Both the position numbers and the translations under genes were made by a program. The notes under the pieces are model-generated. The model was not told where the DNA came from and searched no databases. It saw nothing but the letters and a program-made list of their open reading frames with translations. Below are positions 23,275-29,048 of a stretch of 29,048 nucleotides of DNA, piece by piece. How positions within the stretch are numbered: position 1 is the first letter of the stretch; each line of letters starts with the position of its first letter. The DNA comes from an uncultured archaeon (GTDB lineage: Archaea; Aenigmatarchaeota; Aenigmatarchaeia; QMZP01). Location: positions 1-29,048 of the forward strand of contig CAZCTG010000001.1 in assembly GCA_964501695.1 (NCBI GenBank), in the 5' to 3' direction.

Positions 23275-26200
23275 ATGATGATTTTGATGATATCAAATAA
23301 GAAATCTTTATCAATTATAGAAAAAAGAGATTATTTGATTGGAATTTTTTTATTAGGAATATTTATTTCATTCATATCAGTTTCTGTAACTTCATATGAT
23401 TGGTTGGATATTTCAGTCGGAGTGGACTTGGTTAATATCACAGGAGAAAATAATTTCACACATTTGACAATAAATACAGATTCTCCTTTTGATTCTCTGG
23501 TTTTTTATATGCCGTTTGATATTAACACAAGTGAGGCTTATGATTATTCTAACTATGATAATGATGGAACAATAAAAAATAATGCAAGTTATACTAATTC
23601 AGGATTATATGGTGGAGCAATGAGCTTTAATGGGGGTAAGGGATATGTGCAGATAGCCAACAGTCCTTCTATAAACTTAACAGGAAATTTTACAATTTCT
23701 TATTGGGTTAATGAAGCACAAGTGTATGCTTCATATGGGATGATCATAAGTAAACATCTTGCTAAGGGAGGTTATATGGCGCGTACATACAATAATCGTC
23801 ATTATTTTGGTGTTTTTAATTCTTCTGGAACTTATGGAGGTGCTGGAGAATGTTATGCTGTTACTACAAGTGCTGTTGGAATAAATAAATGGGTTCATGT
23901 TGTGGGAGTTTTTAACGGAACTAGTACTATAATATATGTTAACGGTGTTTTAAATAAGACTACAGCATGTCCTGCAGAATTTACTTTTGTAGGAACAACA
24001 TGGGATGTTTATCTTGGTACTTATGCTGAAAATTACTTTTTTTTCAATGGAAGCATTGATGAATTTATGATTTTTAACACAAGTTTAACAAGTGCTCAAA
24101 TATCTTCTATATACAACAATCAAAGCTCAAGATTTGCTGTTAGCGGAACTCAAGCATTTTCTAATCAGTCAAAGATTGACGTTCCAGTTGGAAGCTCTGC
24201 AGTAAATGTAACTTCAAGTCTGCAAAATTTATCTGGTTCAAGTATAAATCTGACAGTTGGGTTCTATAATGGGAGCTGGAGTTATACCTCCCCCCAAATA
24301 TTTACAGGGAGTAATGTTTTCTCAATAGATTCAAGGACGACTAATCTGACTTTTAATTTTACATTCTATGCAGGAAATTCCACAAATCCTTTTTACTCCC
24401 CAATTTTATACGGAAATTTATCTTATTCTTTAATAAAGAATGTCCCTAATATAAGTTTTACAAGCCCAACCCCCTCTTCAAACAGCATTACAAGCAATAT
24501 CTCAATTAATGTTTCAGTTGATTCTGATTTAGATAAATATTCTTTTTTTGACATAGACAATGCTTTGGTTGGTTGGTGGGCAATGGATGACTGGAATTCA
24601 ACAGATATTTTTGATGGTTCTTATTATAATAACTCTGCTAAAATAAATGGTAATTTTGTTCATAGTGTTGGAAGATGGGGGAATGCCATTAAATTAGACG
24701 GAACTACTGCAAATTATCTAAGTGTGAATTGGAGCAATATAGCAAAATTAAATAATTCTGATTTAACTTTTTCTGCTTGGATATATATGAATAATATTGC
24801 TACTTGGAATGGGATTGCCAGTAGTTTAAATTATCAGGACGGGGAATTTACTGGTTTTGAAATTATTTTCAGAAATGTTTCTGCTACTCATAATTATATA
24901 ATTCTAAGAATAGGTAATGGAACTGCTGTTGGTAGTGTTGAATATAGTTCTGTTGATATATCTGCTCTTGCTCCTGAAACTTGGTATCATATTGCTGTTA
25001 CATTTAATAATGATACAAAAAAAATTACATATTATTTAGATGGAGAAAAACTTTTTTGGTATGATTATTCTGGTGATGATATAGTCTTAGCCCCTAGCAA
25101 TATTTTTAAAATAGGTTATAATGCTTATGCTGGAACAGGATTTAATGGCTCAATAGATGATGTTATGCTTTTTTCAAGAGAGTTAAATGAGACAGAAATA
25201 GAAGCAATTTATAATCTTACTACAGATTCTTTTTATAAAAAATTTATTAGGCAAGATTTAGGAAACTATAATATTACTTCTTATGTTGTTGATTATAACG
25301 GAGCAAAAAATTCAACAACTATTACTAATTTAACAGCAATTAATTCTGGACCAGAAATAATAAAATCTGGCTATTCTCACAACAATTATACTCATTACAT
25401 TGCTTTTTCTATTAAAACAGATTATGGGATTTATAATAAATCCAATCTTTATAATAATAGTCAGTTGAATGTCATTTCAGAATATAGAGTTGGTGATGGG
25501 GATTGGGTAAATATCAGTAACAGTTATGGGGAATTTAATTATTCAGAATGGAAAGTTTTTGGTGATAGCATAAGTGAATATTATACTGGAAATCCTACAG
25601 TTTTTGGGTGGTTATATGAGGCAGACAATGTTTTTGATTCTGGGTTTATAAAATATCATACATATACAGATTATGCAACAGGAGGCTATACTTGTTTTCA
25701 GGTTTATAATGATATTTTAACCTATGCAACAAATGATTCAAAAATAACTTTGACCTGCGGAACAAATGATGCATCATCGGGACTTATTTCTACAGACATG
25801 ACTATTGCAAATTACACAGCCATCTTTGATTTTTGCAAAAACCACAATATAAGCATTTATCTTACTAATGTTCCTCCTAGAAATACAAGCGAATTAACAT
25901 TGTCAAAAATAGATACTCTGAATAATTGGTTAGTTAATTATTATAACAGCACCAATAATACAGGGTTTATTGCAGGGTTTTCAGATGTTAATACTCCCTT
26001 GAGAAACAGCACTTCAGGAACAATAAACCTATCCTATTCTAATGATGGAACTCACCCAAATGATAATGGTTCTTTACTCTGGGCAAATACAATCTGGAAT
26101 GAGGGTTTTGAATCTAAAATTTTTGGAGGTCATTATGTTAAATTTAATCCTCCAAGAATTGGAGTATATGATTTTAGATGGAATATTACAGACCCCTCTG

Positions 26201-27597
26201 GAGGAAATACGATTTATACTTTAGATGATGTTTTTAATATAACTTCTGAACATATCCCGCCGCAGATTACAATTAATTCTCCTTTAAATCAGACCTATAA
26301 TGTAATAAACCTTAGTTTTGATATTTCTTCTAATGAAAATTTATCTTTTTGTTTAGTTAGTTTTAATAATTTTTCCACAAATTATACTATGACTTTAAAT
26401 TCAAGTTTGACAGGAGCAAACTATACTAATTCAACAATGCCTCAAGGCTCAAGCACAGCAAAGTTTTGGTGCAATGACACAGCCAATAATATAAATAATA
26501 CAGAGCAGGTTAGTTTTACAATTGACTCAATTGCACCTGATGTTAATGTAACTTATCCTCTTAACATAACTTATAATATTAATGTTTCTGCTTTGAATTA
26601 TACTTCAGACGGAGTTTCGTGTTGGTGGTCTAACAACGGCGGGATATGGAATTCAACTTCTGTAACATGCGGGACAAACTGGACGGGGTTAACAAGCTTA
26701 GAAGGAAGCAATACATGGACTGTTTATGCAAATGATTCTATAGGAAATTTAAATAGTAGTTCTATCACCTTTTTTAAAGATACAATTGCACCCGTAATAT
26801 TCCCCATTTACCCTTCAGATTCTGCATCTTCAACAGAAACGTCATGGACATTTTTATTTAATGTGACTGACAATAACAATGTTAACTGTTCATTAATCTT
26901 AGATAATTCTATTGCCAATTTTAACTCTTCTGTGAATATAAGTGGAGGAACAAATTCTTTTACAAATTCCAGTTCTGTTGGAAGCCATATCTGGAGCATA
27001 AACTGTACTGATTTTATAAATAACAAAGCTAATTCTTCAACAAGAAGTTTTACAATAAGCACTTCTACTGTAAATCTTCCTTCTAGCGGTGGAGGCGGCT
27101 TTCCAGTTTACTCTATAACTTCTAATCAGTTAGAAAATAGTTATTCAGTTTTTTTGGGTGTATCATGGACATTAAAATTTAGAATTAATAACGAGAGCCA
27201 CGAACTAAAAATAGAAAGTATTGATAATGAAAATAAGATAGCTACAATAATAATTTATTCTGAAGAACAAAAAATTACTCTTTTAATAGGACAAGAAGAG
27301 AAATTGGATATAAATAATGATAATTATTATGATATTTATATTAAAGTTAATAATATCACAAGTAGTAAACTTAATCTGACATTAAAAGGTATTCATGAAA
27401 AAATTGGAATAGGAGAAAAACAAGAAGAAAATATTGATATTCCTAGGGATGTTAGTAAAGATACGACTAAAAAGAAAACCGAGAGTTTCTCAAAGAATTA
27501 TTGGACTTTTATCTCACTTGCTTTGGTTGTAATCATATTTTTTAGTGTTGTTCTTATAAACTTGAAGAAAGGGAAAAAGAAAAGAGTCTTAAAATAA
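23275..27597 (+). CDS. Giant surface glycoprotein: two LamG domains, SGNH/GDSL hydrolase, Ig-like repeats and C-terminal TM (about 1440 aa)
   Basis: FNGSIDEFMIFNTSL and FNGSIDDVMLFSREL (LamG); FGDS, GG, GTND and DGTHP (SGNH blocks); PPQITINSP-type Ig repeats; SSGGGG linker; TM plus KKGKKK. True start is ATG 23275/23278/23287; the track's 22975 start runs out of frame through the Trx gene. Confidence 0.9.
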   Translation: MMILMISNKKSLSIIEKRDYLIGIFLLGIFISFISVSVTSYDWLDISVGVDLVNITGENNFTHLTINTDSPFDSLVFYMPFDINTSEAYDYSNYDNDGTIKNNASYTNSGLYGGAMSFNGGKGYVQIANSPSINLTGNFTISYWVNEAQVYASYGMIISKHLAKGGYMARTYNNRHYFGVFNSSGTYGGAGECYAVTTSAVGINKWVHVVGVFNGTSTIIYVNGVLNKTTACPAEFTFVGTTWDVYLGTYAENYFFFNGSIDEFMIFNTSLTSAQISSIYNNQSSRFAVSGTQAFSNQSKIDVPVGSSAVNVTSSLQNLSGSSINLTVGFYNGSWSYTSPQIFTGSNVFSIDSRTTNLTFNFTFYAGNSTNPFYSPILYGNLSYSLIKNVPNISFTSPTPSSNSITSNISINVSVDSDLDKYSFFDIDNALVGWWAMDDWNSTDIFDGSYYNNSAKINGNFVHSVGRWGNAIKLDGTTANYLSVNWSNIAKLNNSDLTFSAWIYMNNIATWNGIASSLNYQDGEFTGFEIIFRNVSATHNYIILRIGNGTAVGSVEYSSVDISALAPETWYHIAVTFNNDTKKITYYLDGEKLFWYDYSGDDIVLAPSNIFKIGYNAYAGTGFNGSIDDVMLFSRELNETEIEAIYNLTTDSFYKKFIRQDLGNYNITSYVVDYNGAKNSTTITNLTAINSGPEIIKSGYSHNNYTHYIAFSIKTDYGIYNKSNLYNNSQLNVISEYRVGDGDWVNISNSYGEFNYSEWKVFGDSISEYYTGNPTVFGWLYEADNVFDSGFIKYHTYTDYATGGYTCFQVYNDILTYATNDSKITLTCGTNDASSGLISTDMTIANYTAIFDFCKNHNISIYLTNVPPRNTSELTLSKIDTLNNWLVNYYNSTNNTGFIAGFSDVNTPLRNSTSGTINLSYSNDGTHPNDNGSLLWANTIWNEGFESKIFGGHYVKFNPPRIGVYDFRWNITDPSGGNTIYTLDDVFNITSEHIPPQITINSPLNQTYNVINLSFDISSNENLSFCLVSFNNFSTNYTMTLNSSLTGANYTNSTMPQGSSTAKFWCNDTANNINNTEQVSFTIDSIAPDVNVTYPLNITYNINVSALNYTSDGVSCWWSNNGGIWNSTSVTCGTNWTGLTSLEGSNTWTVYANDSIGNLNSSSITFFKDTIAPVIFPIYPSDSASSTETSWTFLFNVTDNNNVNCSLILDNSIANFNSSVNISGGTNSFTNSSSVGSHIWSINCTDFINNKANSSTRSFTISTSTVNLPSSGGGGFPVYSITSNQLENSYSVFLGVSWTLKFRINNESHELKIESIDNENKIATIIIYSEEQKITLLIGQEEKLDINNDNYYDIYIKVNNITSSKLNLTLKGIHEKIGIGEKQEENIDIPRDVSKDTTKKKTESFSKNYWTFISLALVVIIFFSVVLINLKKGKKKRVLK

Positions 27598-27601
27598 AAA
27601 A

Positions 27602-27760
27602 GCTGACAGAGGAAATTTTCTTAAAAAGCATTATTCTTTGTCTTGGAGATATATCAAAGAATGCAGGAATTATATTCTTTTTATAATTTTAATTTTTTGT
27701 TAGGAATTGTTTTATCTTTATTTTACCAACCACAAATTATTATTAATGCCATTATAATCC
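27602..27760 (+). pseudogene. Start-less, frameshifted 5' remnant resembling a SpoIIM/DUF95 membrane protein
   Basis: ADRGNFLKKHYSLSWRYIKECRNYILFIILIF, then a frameshift in a T-run into LLGIVLSLFYQPQII; TAG at 27701-27703 in the first frame. Family similarity is from recall. Confidence 0.45.
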
Positions 27761-27887
27761 ATCCGACTTTCTTTGATAAAACCGCGGCTTTAATACCGTC
27801 CTCCTTTTTCATTAAAATTATAGGAAAACTGTGTATATTAGTTCGATGTCACTCATGGAAACATCTTTATAAAAATCAGGTTACGGC

Positions 27888-28955
27888 TTATCCGCAGGTG
27901 CCACCCGAAGAATCGCCTGAAGCTGTGCCATACCCAAAGCCTGTCGATGGCTGGGCGCTTGAAAGTTGCATGCTGCACTCCGAAGGTTCTGCAGTGAAGG
28001 CGCTGCATATGGCGCTGAGCATTGATGCCGAATCCCTGCTGGTTTGCACGGTCTGTCCGTTTATAACAAGCGTCGGGCTGCCGCCGATGCCGTATTTCTC
28101 GTTGTCCGCCTTGTTGACGTCGAAAAGGGGATAATATCCGCTTAGCCAAGAATCCTTGTCGTTGAGGTTCTCTGTTATCGAGAACTCGGCGTCAGCCGCC
28201 GCCACGCATGAATTGAGCTTGGCTGTGTCTATGGCTGCTTCCACGAGACATTGCTCCGGATTGCCGCTGCCAAGGAAGCAGTTGAGGTATGGCAGGTATT
28301 TAGTACCCTGCTCCTTTTGTATGCAGTATTGCCTTGTTTCTTCGTCAATCTCCGTTTTGCCGTGCATCGCGTAATAAACGAACTTTATGGAAAAATCAAT
28401 CTTATCCTCGAGAAGCTCGACGGCCGGGATTATTCCCTTTTCCGCCTGGGTGCCGTATGGGCAATGGGACATCACGAACAGCTCCACCACAGGCCTGTCG
28501 CTCTTCGGGATTCCAGTCGAAGCCGCCGGCTCTCCGCTTGTGTCGGCAGGAAGCTGCTCATTCAGGTCTCCTATGCCGCTGAGTATGTAGTTGCCGTCCT
28601 TTGTCGCATAATAAGGAACCACCTGCGTCTGGCCATTGTACGTTATCTTCGCATCAACCTCATAGATTCCCGAGATGTTTTCAAAATTGCCGACACCTGC
28701 AAGCTCGACCTGGATGCCAGGGTAGCCCATGCTCAGCCTGCTCTGCAGGAAGTCCACGACCTTGGCCCCGACGGCCTGCGAGCCTGAATCAGCAACAATG
28801 CCGCCCGTTATGGAACCCCCTGCGAAGTATCCGACCGCCAGGCAGACTATAGCGACAACCGCCATGTAAATAGGAGCCATGTTCCTTGGCTTGCCCGGCT
28901 TGTCAGAAGCAACGGCTTCAGCCTTCCCGGCGTTTTTTTCCTCTTCAGCAGGCAT
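27888..28955 (-). CDS. Membrane-anchored DsbA-like thioredoxin-fold protein (CPYG)
   Basis: TM helix; VELFVMSHCPYG; GSPTLVING cis-Pro loop; several Cys pairs. ATG 28955 (MPAEEEK) preferred to the track's 28997. Confidence 0.88.
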   Translation of the reverse strand: MPAEEEKNAGKAEAVASDKPGKPRNMAPIYMAVVAIVCLAVGYFAGGSITGGIVADSGSQAVGAKVVDFLQSRLSMGYPGIQVELAGVGNFENISGIYEVDAKITYNGQTQVVPYYATKDGNYILSGIGDLNEQLPADTSGEPAASTGIPKSDRPVVELFVMSHCPYGTQAEKGIIPAVELLEDKIDFSIKFVYYAMHGKTEIDEETRQYCIQKEQGTKYLPYLNCFLGSGNPEQCLVEAAIDTAKLNSCVAAADAEFSITENLNDKDSWLSGYYPLFDVNKADNEKYGIGGSPTLVINGQTVQTSRDSASMLSAICSAFTAEPSECSMQLSSAQPSTGFGYGTASGDSSGGTCG

Positions 28956-29048
28956 GCAATTCAATTGGCATTTACATTTAAATAGGTTGTGAACCAATTC
29001 CGCGACGAAAGAATGAAGGTATATATAACAACGCCCTCTTTATTATAC

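Larger units (their letters stand above)
23216..27760. other. Low-GC horizontally acquired island
   Basis: Spot counts of 60-nt lines give 20-30% GC (25201: 12/60; 24001: 18/60) versus 62% at 22201 (37/60). Sharp left edge right after the 23215 stop; right edge approximate. Confidence 0.85.

Noticed and set aside
23210-27890. Terminal repeats or att sites bounding the AT-rich island
   Set aside because: Only short A/T runs match; no convincing direct or inverted repeat, tRNA or integrase.

Overview
Archaeal, most likely DPANN-type chromosomal window: small genes, mostly leaderless with TATA boxes ~25 bp upstream, a GC-rich core (~60% in spot counts) and no CRISPR array, tRNA or rRNA. Layout: (1) 1-1.3 kb, two bacterial-type PEP-CTERM genes with an intrinsic terminator. 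(2) 1345-5150, a complete 3.8-kb IS5-family (IS903/ISH1-like) cargo transposon with perfect 18-bp TIRs and a TSD. It carries a SWIM-finger DDE transposase, two ribbon-helix-helix genes missed by the ORF track, and five other passengers. (3) 5.3-9.1 kb, an accessory/defence-like stretch: eroded MazG-like gene, Fic, solo Cas4, and an AbiEii/MenT-like nucleotidyltransferase with a 51-aa partner also missed by the ORF track. (4) 9.2-23.2 kb, core genes (YhfC protease, prs, apt, NUDIX, ppsA, DUF357, SufS-type desulfurase) mixed with Cys-rich surface proteins and thioredoxin-fold proteins. (5) 23.2-27.8 kb, a very AT-rich island encoding a giant LamG-LamG-SGNH-Ig surface protein plus a gene remnant. 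(6) A DsbA-like protein at the right end. The cargo transposon is the best candidate for an undescribed system. Family names come from motif recognition and recall, not database searches.
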